Assembly: GCA_951406725.2 (NCBI GenBank)
Contig: OX597818.1
Location: forward strand, 9,052,001-9,116,000
DNA: 64,000 bases
Origin: Octopus vulgaris
Taxonomy: Eukaryota
Reading direction: 5' to 3'
Below are positions 12,181 through 24,885 of this stretch, piece by piece (positions within the stretch are counted from its first letter, which is position 1; every line of letters begins with the position of its first letter). A program made the translations under genes and the position numbers. The notes beneath the pieces are model-generated. The model saw only the letters and a program-made list of their open reading frames with translations, was not told where the DNA came from and did no database searches.

Positions 12181-13583
12181 GGAGTGGTCGTGTGGTAAGA
12201 AGCTTGCTTACTTCCGGTTACCCAGAATGCAACACTAGTTGGTCTGGACTGTTACAGTGACAAGATGTGAGTTTTTTGGGGCTCCGAGAATAGAAAAAAG
12301 AACAAAAAGAAAAATTGTCAATTATGCCTTGCTATAGCGAGCAAAATGCTGGGTTCTTATCACTGTAACGATGAATTGAGAATTTTTGCTTGAAAATTCT
12401 TTTTGTAAATTCTAGTGGGCGTATCTCGCCAGAAAAAGTACAATTTTTTCCGAACTGGAGTACTTCAAGAAATGCCATTTGGATTACCTTTTTGGAGTAT
12501 TATACAAAGGATTCCCTGTCTGTGCTATTTGTGAGGTTTTTCTTTTACCACTCCCTTCGCCTATTTTTTTTTCTTTCTAAATTTTGGTTCATTCTTTCTA
12601 TTACTTTAATTTCAGTTTCCTTTCCTCCTCTTTTATTCTGTTTTATTTTTATTCGGTTTAATTTTTTGGCAGACTGTCTTTTGAACTACTTTTGAACTGT
12701 TTTTTGACATGGCAGAGAAGGAACCTAAAAAGAACTCTGTCTTAGAGTGGGAAATTAACCCGCCTAAGTAGTGGTTAAAAGATATGGAGGAGAAGACGAT
12801 GGTGCTTAGAATTTTTTCTAAAGTTCTTAATTCCATCACCATCTCCCCAAAACAAGTTATAAAAAATTAACTTAAAGGGTATTCGTCCTCTATAAAATAT
12901 ATATCCCGTGTTGTCAAACATGCAACCGTATGGTTGCTGTCTGACTACGGGGAAAAGGCTCGCCAGCTTGCGAGTCAGCCTTTAGAAGGCAAGGAAATTC
13001 TGTTCCTCCCGTAATATTGCGGGAGGAAATTAATAAGAGCCTTGGTATGTGGGTTACCCCTAGGCACCAAAGCGGATTGGATTGAAGATACCATCCGACG
13101 GAGACTGGGGGATGGCGGGCCCAGGCTCTTAAATGTAAGGGTATTGCCGGCGGTCGATTGGGAAGGGTCAAAAGCGATAGGGTTTGACACCTCATCTTAT
13201 TGTATTATTTGTAGTGGTTTATAACCTCAATTGTGTGTTTAAAAAAAACATGTTAATTAAGAGCTTTTACTGCCTCCTTCTTGTAAGAGGTTTGAAACCT
13301 CATATTGTTTTTTAAAAAAAAGAAAATATGTTTTCGAGAAAAATCCAATCGGCGGGTGTTGGGTTTCGTCTCTCATTTATTCATTCTATTTCATTTTCAT
13401 TCATTAATGTGTTTGTTCAGCCCGTAAAGCTACACACTCTTTGTACGTAGCTTGCTTACCAAGCGCATGGTTCTGGGTTAGGTCCCACTGCGTGGCATCT
13501 GGGCAAGTGTCTTTTATTATAGCCTTGGGCCGACCAAAGCCTTGTGAGTGGGTTTGGTAGACGGAAACTGAAAGAAGCCCGTC

Positions 13584-13614
<31 letters not shown>

Positions 13615-13843
13615 ATATTGTGTATATGTTTGCGTGTCTGTGTTTTTCCCCAACAGCGCTTGACTACCGATGCTGGTGTGTTTACGTCTCCGTAACTTAG
13701 CAGGCTGGCGAAAAAGACAGATAGAATAAGTACTAGGCTTACAAAGAATAAGTCCTGGGTTCGATTTGCCCGACTAAAGGCGGTGCTCCAGCATGGACAG
13801 TGTCAAATGAATGAAACAAGTAAAAGAGTAAAAGAGTAAAGAG
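12181..13843 (+). mobile_element. tRNA-derived SINE split by an insertion: head 12181-12211, body 13447-13843
   Basis: The head GGAGTGGTCGTGTGGTAAGAAGCTTGCTTAC and the body are colinear with the intact copy at 37791-38216. Confidence 0.85.
12212..13446 (+). mobile_element. 1.2-kb internally deleted L1/Tx1-like element with target-site duplication
   Basis: AGCTTGCTTAC is duplicated at 12201-12211 and 13449-13459. A decayed ORF1-like frame starts at ATG 12709 (MAEKEPKKNSVLEWEINPPK*WLKDMEEK...LFLP*YCGRKLIRALVCGLPLG). Clade assignment is by resemblance only. Confidence 0.6.
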
Positions 13844-13925
13844 TGTATGTATTTATGCACACACACGCACGAGGACACGTACATGCGCACGCGCACATAC
13901 ACCTATACACACATATATATACTCA

Positions 13926-14764
13926 TCTGTATATATATATAAAGCAAGATGTGTGTGTGTGTGTGTGTATGTGATTGTAGTTTATGCACCTCCAGAAATT
14001 AGCACGCATGTCGCTTAAATTTTAGGAGGTCATTCGTCAACACCCTATCTGGGTTTTGCCAACTTATTTTTTACCCGAGGTATCCGCGGATAGCGGTAAA
14101 ATTCTATTTTCAGCCATAGCTTTTAGCATAAAAAGTAGCAGCCATAGCTTTTTGACGGCGTCTAACAAAAACAAAAAAAAAACAAGATAAAGAAAAGTGG
14201 ATGAGGCGCAGAGAGTTTCACGGGAAAGACAAAGTGAGAGAGGGGGTGAGAGAAAGTGACGACCTTCATAATAATCTATTTTCAGGCATAGTTTTTTGAC
14301 GGCGTCTAACAAAAAAAAACAAGATACAGAAAAGTGGAAGAGAGTTTCACGTCATCTAAACAAAAAGAGGGAAAGACAAAGTGAAAGAGGGAGAGAGTAA
14401 GTGACGATGTTCATAAAAAATAAAATGTAAAATGTTTTGTTTTTTCTTAAACACGAGATATACTGTTCAAATTCAGGATTTTGAAAGACACTATATTTTA
14501 TAATCATAGTATATATACTTTCTCACACAACAATTACAATATATTTATTTTAAATCATTTATTTATTTTAAATCGTTCCTATTTCTCCCCCCCCCCTCCC
14601 TCACACACATTACTTTGAGTGCGAAAGAATTTTGTTTTTATTTTACGCCGAGTAAAAATGTGTTTTGTTGAGAGTCGATATTACTCAGTTTGGTTTGAAA
14701 TAAAGAACTTGATTAGCTTAATAATCGTAACTTAATCCCGGGCAAGGCCGGGTTATACTGCTAG
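13926..14764 (+). mobile_element. non-autonomous Helitron
   Basis: 5' TCTGTATATATATATAAAG; 3' hairpin CCCGG-GCAAGG-CCGGG (14737-14752) followed by CTAG; inserted between A13925 and T14765 without TSD; internal duplication at about 14103-14415. Confidence 0.85.
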
Positions 14765-15668
14765 TATACATTAAAGTAGATAGAGAGATAGCAGGCGTAT
14801 GTACAAATATATATGAAATACGTACACACTAGAATGTACCCATATACATATATACATATACACGTGTGCATAAATACATATCTACATAGCAAATAACAAG
14901 CGTGCACCCACACAAACATGTGTTCTTTTGATTGCATATGAACACATGCGCGTGCGCACATACACACGCTCATACACACACAAATACACATACACACATG
15001 CGTACACGCACACATAAACAAACAAATATATTTGATTTAGATGAATGATTCAGAGTGTCGATCATCAGTTTGTCACTGAATTTCAATTGCTTCTCTAAAA
15101 GCCTAGAGAACGTTGCTTGTCGTCCTCCTCTGAAGTCAATAAAATTACTTGACACGATTTTTTTGATTCAGACAATTGGCAATATTGCAACAGAATGAGC
15201 ACCAACCGTCCCTACATCGGGGAACAGAAAAACTTATATTTCACTAAGGAGTTTTAGCGGAAGTGTGGGGTCATACGATTTGTGATGCCCGCGTTTCAAA
15301 TACTACTTTGTGCCTTCCTGTTCTCTGCGTATTTCCTACCAAAGATTTGTTGTTTCGGCCCTTTTTGTTTTCACTGAAATTTTCCTGAGAATGATGATAA
15401 TTTTCTTTCGCAAATTGCATAAAGCCTACATAGCTAATTGATACATATACCTAATATATCTTACAGGTTTCAAGTAAAGAGCGTCCTCTGTTCAGCAGAT
15501 TTACGTCCAAACGCATATTCATGTAACTACTTTTATGCACACAATTATCTAGTGATTGACTTCCTATTCTTTATGTATCTTTTACAGAATATATTTTCAC
15601 AGTTTTCACTTTTAATAGGCAAGTTTGGCGTGGTTGTTGTTTTAATCTCAACCGGATCAAGTGTATAT

Positions 15669-15901
15669 ATTTCTTTACTACCCACAAGGGGCTAAACACA
15701 GAGGGGACAAACAAGGACAGACAAAGGGATTAAGTCGATCACATCGACCCCAGTGCGTATCTGGTACTTAATTTATCGACCCCGAAAGGATGAAAGGCAA
15801 AGTCGACCTCGGTGAAATTTGAACTCGGAACGTAACGACAGACGAAATACCGCTACGCAGGTCGCCCGGCGTGCTAACGTTTCTGCCAGCTCTGCCAGCT
15901 C
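15669..15901 (-). mobile_element. tRNA-derived SINE (second family) with 18-bp TSD
   Basis: ACCGGATCAAGTGTATAT at 15651-15668 and 15902-15919; minus strand has B-box-like GAGTTCAAATTTC; homologous to 34395-34782 and 44392-44608. Confidence 0.9.
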
Positions 15902-17489
15902 ACCGGATCAAGTGTATATGCTTATCAGTAGTAGGTCTTTAGTTATTATATTTTATTTCGGTCTTACATTCAGCACTTAGAAAATGCGTAAATATTACAC
16001 AAGATTAGCAAAATATTTCATATTATTGGTTTACTTCCAGATCAATGTGGAACTAAGAGCTTCTACATTAATAGCGGAAAGAAAATAGGGTCGTATTGTT
16101 AAACGTAAGGACACGAAATTATGACATGGTAATTCTCAGACAAAACCCATTCAAGTGTAATTGGAGACATGAACACATGACACGTTTTCGCAATAGATAG
16201 AATAATTAAAAATTGAAAGTAACTGGAGACCACTTCAACAGCTACTGTGATTCAATAGCTATCCCAAGTGAGCCTACGATAGAGCTGCTCTGACTAACTT
16301 AAGCGTAAAATTCTGGAAGGAACACCTTTCATATTCAGCAGAAACGTATGCACGTTTAGATATCATGCACATTAGAGGATTTCCAAAATATTGGGAGAAA
16401 GTATACCCTCGCTTAAACTAGTGGTATATACATCACATTCAATAATGGACAATACATTTCGCTATTCAGGAACAGGAAATGGCGCTGATTCATAAAAGTG
16501 ATGCGAGACCTCAGCACATTTATATAAGTGACATAGAATAATGGTTTTTGCATAGTAGACTGGTAGGTGACACCATTATTGCCAGTTTGCCAGTGAATAT
16601 CAACAAATGGTTTACGAAATAATGTTCGCAATAAATTGTTTGTCAAAAGGGGACCTGACTATCTTACAAAGGCAAAACTTCTATTCCAATATATTTACAT
16701 CATTAAAAGTAGCATTCAAATAAAAAGGAAATCCAGATGCTAGCACGATGAACCTTATTTATCTATGACACAAGACAAGTTAAGCTTTCACTGTTGTAAA
16801 GACCAGTAACTGTGAATATATCACTTATAATAGTAGAATAAGTGAATATGTATTATGAACAACTTGGTTATAGAATATCATAGGTATTTTAATAAATGCG
16901 CTGGAATATGTGATAAAAGATTACTATATACTGATTTGCTGGGGCTTTTCAAAAAACGAAAAGACGTAAACTCGTTTACATACTTCAGATTCAGTATGTT
17001 AGGAATACATATGTATTTTGTTAAAAACTGTGTTCCGAGGAATCGATATGTACACACATCCACACGCCTGCATGCAGCATATGCACATATATAAACAGCA
17101 ATTACACTTGTACTACAGATTTATGAAAGTCCTTCATGCGAGGACAGGCACGTGCAGTTTACACTCTCACAAACCTCCAGTATTTTTTGAAAAAATATAT
17201 TATATTTTTGTTAGTAACCGCTTTGAATTTGTACAGAATTAAAATAAAACAACATCCTGCATAAATATTCACATACACATATGCATGTATACATATATAC
17301 ATACATACATAAACATAATCACTTCATCTACATAAAAATAATATGAACGCCCACTCTTTGATCGTTTGAAATTTTGTTTTAGCACTCAGAACTTTTCTAC
17401 AGAAACATTCACGTGCTAAGGTAAGATTATATAATTTACAAGTATTTCAGAAAGAAGAAATTATGACAGTTGAAATTTATGCATATATG

Positions 17490-17533
17490 TATGTATCTCT
17501 CTCTTTGACTCTGTATGTGTGTGTGTAGGCATG

Positions 17534-17577
<44 letters not shown>

Positions 17578-17593
17578 ATACATATATATATAC

Positions 17594-17660
<67 letters not shown>

Positions 17661-17705
17661 ATACATACATATACATATATTTTGTATACATGTATATATG
17701 CATAA
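17490..17705. repeat. (TA)n/(CATA)n compound microsatellite
   Basis: Directly visible. Confidence 0.9.
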
Positions 17706-18749
17706 ATAAGAGAGGGAGAGAGGAGAAACACATTATTTCTTTATAAAAATCTCTGGTAGATTGAATGTATGGAAAATGCATTTTTATAATCTTTGTTGTT
17801 TTTCGTATTTTCTTTAAAAATATATACATGAACAAAAACTTAAAATGAAAAAGCAGGAAAGAGTTGATGTTGATGATATTCTGAAATTTCAAGATTCATT
17901 AGAAGAGTAAAGAATATGAAATAAGATTAGAAGAATTACGGTGAGAAAAATGCATTTGGCAACAGGAATAGATGAAATTAAGCAAATAAGATGCTGGATA
18001 CAATGCGTTTGCATTATTATTCTTATCATTTCATTGTAGCATCTTTTGTATATCTTTTCTTATTTTTCTATTTCATTCAAAACCAGAAATATTATTCAAA
18101 ATATATTGTCGAAATAACTATATATGTGTATAGCTAATGTGATCTGTATAAATATATATTATCAAAAACAGCTTATGTGTGCACGATATTATACATGATG
18201 TACGTGTGTCTGTATGTGTACACTGAACTGCATTATACATTATGTACTTTGCATTCATAAATTGAAATGTAAGATGTCGGTGGGGCACAATAAGTAATAG
18301 TTACTGCATTCTTGAATTTCAAAAAAGTATTATTTTTCGCAAATATTCATCTACCTTAAAAAAAATATATCAGCTAAGCAAATGACCTTCTCTAGAACAA
18401 TTGGAATCTCTATAACATTTTCAGAACACTATTTCTGAAAATTATCTCCGTTCTCTTTCAGTATATGGGAAACAAATTTAACTGGGGCAAAATGAGTAAG
18501 AAAATATAAAGTAAATTTGCGTCTTCAAATAATCCAGAATTACACATGAAAAGTGGCTGATGCACGCCAATATTCTTATTCCACAGAAACATCAGAAATG
18601 GAAGAAAAAATTATATCTGAGTCAAATTAAAACATCACAAATATCTGAGTCATGGTGTGGCAGATGATATGAAATGAATGAAACATGATTAAATCTAAAA
18701 ACTCAACATGCAATATTTATTCTGTGCAATTTCGACAAACAAATGTCAT

Positions 18750-18953
18750 AGTCGCAGGCGTGGCTTGTATAGGTGCAGGCGTGGCTGTATGGTAAAAAGC
18801 TTGCTTACCAACCACATGGTTCTGGCTTCAGTTACACTGCATGTCTCCTTGGGCAAGCGTCTCCTGCTATAGCCTAGGGCCTTCCAAAGCCTTGTGAGTG
18901 GATTTGGTAAACGGAATCTGAAAGAAACCTGTCACGTATATAAATGTGTCCGC

Positions 18954-19019
<66 letters not shown>

Positions 19020-19210
19020 GTGTGTGTGTGTGTCTGTGTCTGTGTTTGTCCCCCACAATTGCTTGATGACCGATGTTTACGTCCCCGTATCTAGCTACAC
19101 AGCCAAAGAGATCGATATATAAGCACTAGGCTTACGAAGAATAAGTTCTGGGGTCGATTTCTTCGACTAAAGGCGGTGCTCTGCAGTCAGTTGACTGAAA
19201 CAAGTAAAAT
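18750..19210 (+). mobile_element. tRNA-derived SINE with internal (GT)n and duplicated 5' head
   Basis: GCAGGCGTGGCT occurs twice (about 18754 and 18775); body and tail are colinear with 37791-38216. Confidence 0.85.
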
Positions 19211-20039
19211 TATTAGGATCAATTTATTTAGGCTGACATTTTGGGCACCAGAATTCCTCACATAAGATCCATTACTTACCTTTCTTACCTACGTAAACTC
19301 GCCATAATCATTCAAATTTTATGTACTTGATGTTGTTCACATTTTCAGAAAACACAGTTTCTTCATCGTCACTACGAGCTTCTTCTCTGGAAATGTATTC
19401 TCTACCTTGACTTTTCCAATGCTTCCTCTTTCGGTTTGCAGTTAGTTTGTCCCCATTTCCACCCATCTCAAAAATTGACTAGCTCTTCTTCTGTTAAAAA
19501 GGAACTGACGAACTTACGATCGTCAGCCAAATACCACTAAACCACGCGCCTTCACGGTACCTGCCAAAAACATGAATAAATAAGCAATCAACTAAAGGGT
19601 GGACACCTCTGGAAAAGAAAAATATCAGAAACTTTTTTATTGAGTCAAACTGTCAGCAGATTTGGAAATATCGTGTATAACGGGTGGGATTGTTGACCAA
19701 ATGAAAATAAAGAAAAACCAAAGCTGAAAAAAATAATGATATTAAAGAAAAGGAAGTTAAAGATGTGTGATCAATCCATATTGAAATTAAATAAGGTTCT
19801 CAGAGAAATAGCTGAGCGCAAGATGGGCAACACCAAGAGACATAAACATATTGGGTTGACCAACTTGAAGCATTCTAATAAGCAGCTACCTTTAGTCCAG
19901 TATGTCCCTTGTGTATGCGCAGCCATTTAGATACTTTACATTTCAACGTAGCTCGATGTGAACTGGCGCTGAGACAGGTTGTAACTTGTCTGCTTGGCAT
20001 ACCCATGAAAATAAAGAATCAAACCGAACATTATAAACA

Positions 20040-20980
20040 CCCCAAGCGTTTTTCCTTTTAAAAGCGTAAGAAAACGGCGGAACCATGCAGAAAGATATGT
20101 GCTCCGTACGGCGAAAATGCTTTTGTAGAATGTGTGTCCCCGAAACTGTTTTCAAGTTGATTCTTCGATCCAAGATGCACGAAACTGGCCAGCCAAGCAA
20201 GCAAATCAAGACGTTAGTTACACCAAACCCCATTATAGTATCAGGGTAATCAGATATATTTCAATTAACCAAATTAAAGACCATTTGTTAAAGACCATTT
20301 GCATCAACTGGTTTAAGTCATCAGGGTTGATGCTTGGGTCGCATTATAGATAACTCAAGCTTTTGTTGTTTAAAAACTTAAGAAAGCGGCGGAAACATGC
20401 AAAAAGATATGCGCTCTGTTCGGAGATTTTATAGAATGTGTGTGTCAGAAGTGGTTTTCAAGTTGATTGAAGGAAGCGAGCTTCGCCCAAAAGATTTCGA
20501 AATCTGATTCGTTGTAGAAGCGTGAAGGAAACGATCGTTTTTTGAAGAAAATGTAGTCATGGAATACAAAATTGTATCATCTATAACTATGTGAATTACA
20601 AAAGATCATGAGAGATGCGCGATGAATCATTCCAAACAATCTCCAAAACAGGACTTAAGCTTTCAATTAGGTGAGTTGGAAGCGTGTTGCAAGCTTCTTC
20701 CCACAGACACGCTCATCAATCTGGGAAGTTTTACTGCACCTTCTTTATTCAATCGACCTTGCTACTTCAGCTTTCCGCTTATTGCTGTCTCTTCAAAATT
20801 CATCAATTGGACAAATTATGAAATCCGAAGAGGATGGAAGAATTCACCAGGAAGAAACTTTCACCTGTAAAGAATGGAAATTATTTCAATAGAGAATATT
20901 GGACCTATCCAAACGATGGCAGTAGTTACTGGACAGAAAGGCTTATTATATCACTGATTGAATTAATCTGTTGGTGTTTA
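20040..20980 (+). mobile_element. two degenerate mariner transposase remnants
   Basis: An HTH-like segment is repeated at about 20068-20162 and 20380-20470 (AAETCKKICA...CQKWFS); a decayed YSPDLAPSD-like segment lies near 20746-20795 (YSIDLATSAFRLLLSLQN). Confidence 0.6.
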
Positions 20981-21351
20981 AAATTTGTCTCGTTTTCGCT
21001 TAAAAAGCCGAACAGACTTTTTAGCCAATTCAATATATGTTTGATTACAAAAAGTTAACGCTAATTACTGGGTTCTCAAAGAAATAGACAGTTACATAAC
21101 ATTTCAGGAACGAGTGGTGTCCAGTGACACTAATTAAATAGCTTTAATGCGAAATGTAATTCTCTTTTTACCAATGTCTCATATAGTTTTCCTTTTTTTA
21201 TATTTTTGGAATCATCACCTCCAACTTAAAATAATATAAAATTACCTTATCATCTGTAACTCTTATTAGAATACATCGCTTATGAAACCTCTCCCGTCAT
21301 TTGTAACAATAAATTCTGACAATCGAAACAAATATTCATTCTTTTGAATGA

Positions 21352-21919
21352 ATATCGGTTAATATTCCTATCCACAACTTTTACCAGTGCTCCTTTGTCT
21401 CTACTGGAATATTTCCTTCTTATGTTTGAATAATGACATGAACCACATTTATTCCCGGGCTTTACAGATAGAAGGTTTTTCTTGGTGAATGTTTGCATCA
21501 TCTTCGGAGTTCAGAACTATCGTTAAGATTGGAACAAAAGGCTACCTGTTACTAAGTAACTTTATTTAATGACTGCGTAACAATTTTTCACTCGAATCTC
21601 TGTCTTGTATTCTTAATTTTAGTTTTCTTCTTTTAATTAATAACATTCTGAAAAATAAAACAACATAACATAATCTAATATATTTATATATGGAAGAGAG
21701 TAGGAGGGTGAGGTATGGGCAAACATTGCTGTGTACAGTTACCGAGTATTTTGGGGAAATGACTTTTCTCACAGTTTTCACTGACAAAAGGAAACCCATG
21801 AAATAAAATATGGTTCATGTCATTCTTCAAACATAGGAAGGAAGTATTGCAGTAGAGACAAAGGAGCACTGGTAAAAGAAGTTGTTAGTGTGGGTTGTGG
21901 ATAGGAACATTAACCAATA
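21352..21919. repeat. inverted repeat, arms of about 100-118 bp (21352-21453 and 21802-21919)
   Basis: TGGTTCATGTCATT..TCAAACATA..AAGGAA..ATT..CAGTAGAGACAAAGGAGCACTGGTAAAAG...GTTGTGGATAGGAA..ATTAACC is present on opposite strands. Confidence 0.85.
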
Positions 21920-23152
21920 ACAAGAAGAGTGGAGACGGCGTTTGGAATGAACCATGGTGGATGTAGTACATTGCTCAGTAATGCAGGCAATATATGTTAA
22001 ATTATCGGTAGGAGAAGCAGGGACAAAGAAAGTATCACTTCTTGTAGACTAGATGTTTTAGTGCATTGGTAAGGGAACCTTTGCTGACATTTTTTAATAT
22101 TGTTAAATTCCTAGACTGGATTAAGCAGCGATGAATGAAGACCGGTCATGGACTTTCATCCATCGGCTTTTAAACTGATAAATGTCAACCTTCACTAAAA
22201 GCATATTAATTAAATTCTGTATCCCACTTCGTTTAATGATTAAAAACAAAAAGACAGGATTGCATATCTACAATTTATTTATTTCCTATGGTGTTGGACA
22301 AGTTTCAAAAATGTAAAAAGCGTCTTAATTATGTCAATTTGACCAATTTGTCCGTCTTTTCAATCCTCATACTCTGAAGTGTACTCGGGTCACCTTTTAA
22401 AAAACCTCACCGATGTAGGAGGTATATATGTACACGAACAACCAGCAGGGATATATGGGTCACGCATAGACTTCGCAGTTACCGACTGTGTAGTAATAAA
22501 CTATTTTGTTAATTTGGAAGTGTAAACAGTTTTGATAATGATATAAAAGAGTTAAGCATAAAGATATGTTACAACGGAATATCACTGTGCATGTCCTTCT
22601 TCGTTCCTTGGATCTTTTAATAGAATCACTAATTCACTAACGGTACCGCACTAATCTGATGCTGATCAACCAATCAGTCACTCATAATATTCATTTTCAC
22701 CAGCTCAGCTGATTGCACGTACAAAAGTGTCGTACCTAAGGACTCGAGTAATTCTTCTCTTAGACTAGAAATATCAGGTTATTAAGAATGAAATGTCCGA
22801 TTTTGTGATTCACCAAGTTTGACAGTCGTTAACTCTAATGTTTTATCCTGACAATCCTGTTTTATAGCATTGAAAAGTTATATCATCGAGTTTTGAAATG
22901 TAATTCATGATGCTTGATTATACTATGCGTCGTTTTCTCTTGTAAATCAATTTTTGTGAACCCATGGATAGATAAACAAATATCGTGTTGTTTATGAGTA
23001 TGATTTCCGTCGTGGAATCACAGCATCTCAGACAGCGTGAAACATCAATAAGAAGCTTGGTGAAAATGTGGCGAATGAGCGCAATGTACGTCGATGACCA
23101 GAGAAGTTTCTTTCTGGTTATGTTACTCTTAAAATCAAACCTTATATATATA

Positions 23153-24759
23153 CAAAGGCAGCCAAAATGTTCAGAACGGTATTGTTTTCGTCATAAAAGT
23201 AGATATAATTTTTTATCAGAGTTGTTTTATATTCTATAATTTTCACAGACAATAAATACGATAGACTTTGATATTGTCTGAGATTTTGGTGTAATTTGAG
23301 AGGATAATACAAAAGTTATGGATGATTTAGTGATTTACTGCAAAGCCCATGGCGGCCAAAATGATCAGAACGGTTGTTTTACTCCGTGTTTTAGTATATT
23401 TAACCGGCGAACTCTAATGTTTTGAATTTGTTTACGTGACGGTTCGTTTACTAGATATTAGTAAGAATATTTGCAGTGTACTTTGTTAATATAATACCAC
23501 TTACTCCGTTACCAATTCGTCAGCAGATTATTAAGCTTCGAAGGAAGGATAATTTAAGTATTGGATCTATTGCAAAGATTGTTAACAAGTCAAAAAGTTT
23601 TGTACACGGTATTCTTAAGGTCAACGATGATTGTGGTTCGTGTGAAGCAAGAAACTTTACAGTTAGGCCAAAAAAAAAAAAAAACGACCAAGAGAGAAGA
23701 TCGTGCTATGGTAAAGTTGGTTAAAAAGGACAGATTTTAAATGAGCATTGTATCGAAGAAAACTTTATCTCGAAAAACTGTGTCTCGTCGTTTAGTTGAA
23801 CATGACCTACAAGCAAGAGCACCTGCAGTGAAGCCACTGATCAGCTCCAAGAATAAAAAGTGTCGTCTTACCTTTGCAACCAAACATGTGTTGTGGTCTC
23901 AAGAAAAATGGCAAACGGTGCATTTTAGTGATGAATCTAAGTTTATGTTATCTGGCTCAGATGGGAAAAGGTACGTTCGTAGAAAAGTAGGTGAAAAATT
24001 GTCGCCTAAATACCTTAAGACTTGTGTTAAATTCGGTGGAGGAAGTGTCATGGTTTGAGGTATGATATCTAGAGATGGTGTGGGCCCTTTGGTGCGATTA
24101 CATGGAAAGGTAAATGCAGGAGTTTATAAACAACTTGTAAAAGATCATGTCTTGCCTGTGCTGAGAAATTCAACTAAGCGACCACCCATATTCATGCAGG
24201 ACAATGCCCCATGTCACAAGGCTAAGGTGGTCATGAACTTCCTTAAAGCTGAAAAGGTTATTGTTATGGATTGGCCTGCTCAAAGCCCAGATCTCAATCC
24301 TATTGAAAATGTATGGAATATTCTAGGAGAACGTTCGAAAGCCAGAAATCCTAAAACAACTGAGCAATTATGGAATGCCCTTCAGGAAGAATGGAATAAG
24401 ATCACCCAGCAAGAAATTGAAAATTTAATTTCCTCATGCAGTTAAAGATGCCAGAGTGTAATTGAAGCTAAAGGGCTTCACACCAAATATTAAATAATTC
24501 CAGTATTCTCTGTCATTTTTTATTATTTTGTTATTTTTTCAACCGTTCTGATCATTTTGGCTGCTATGGGTTTTGCAGTAAATCACTAAATCATCCATAA
24601 CTTTTGCATTATCCTCTCAAATTACACCAAAATCTCAGACAATAACAATTAATAACATATTTATTGTCATGAAAATTGTAGAATATAAAATCACTTTGAT
24701 AAAAACTTAAACTTACTTTTCTGACGAAAACAATGCCGTTCTGAACATTTTGGCCGCAA

Positions 24760-24762
<3 letters not shown>
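23153..24762 (+). mobile_element. full-length Tc1-family DNA transposon, IR/DR type
   Basis: TIRs of about 224 bp (23153-23376 and 24540-24762), each with outer and inner direct repeats GC(A/G)GCCAAAATG(T/A)TCAGAACGG; TA on both flanks within (TA)n. Confidence 0.95.
23476..24493 (+). pseudogene. Tc1 transposase pseudogene (DD34E)
   Basis: VHFSDESKF, GGGSVMV(W>*)G, MQDNAPCH-34 aa-E with WPAQSPDLNPIENVW, and C-terminal GLHTKY*. In-frame stops at 24056-24058 and 24443-24445; frameshift at the poly-A run near 23670. Confidence 0.93.
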
Positions 24763-24822
<60 letters not shown>

Positions 24823-24827
<5 letters not shown>

Positions 24828-24885
24828 CGGTGCTCCAACATGGCCACAGTCAAATGACTGAAACAAGTAAAAGAATAAAAGAATA
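24823..24885 (+). mobile_element. isolated SINE tail
   Basis: AAGGCGGTGCTCCAACATGGCCACAGTCAAATGACTGAAACAAGTAAAAGA matches the tails at about 13780 and 38160. Confidence 0.8.
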
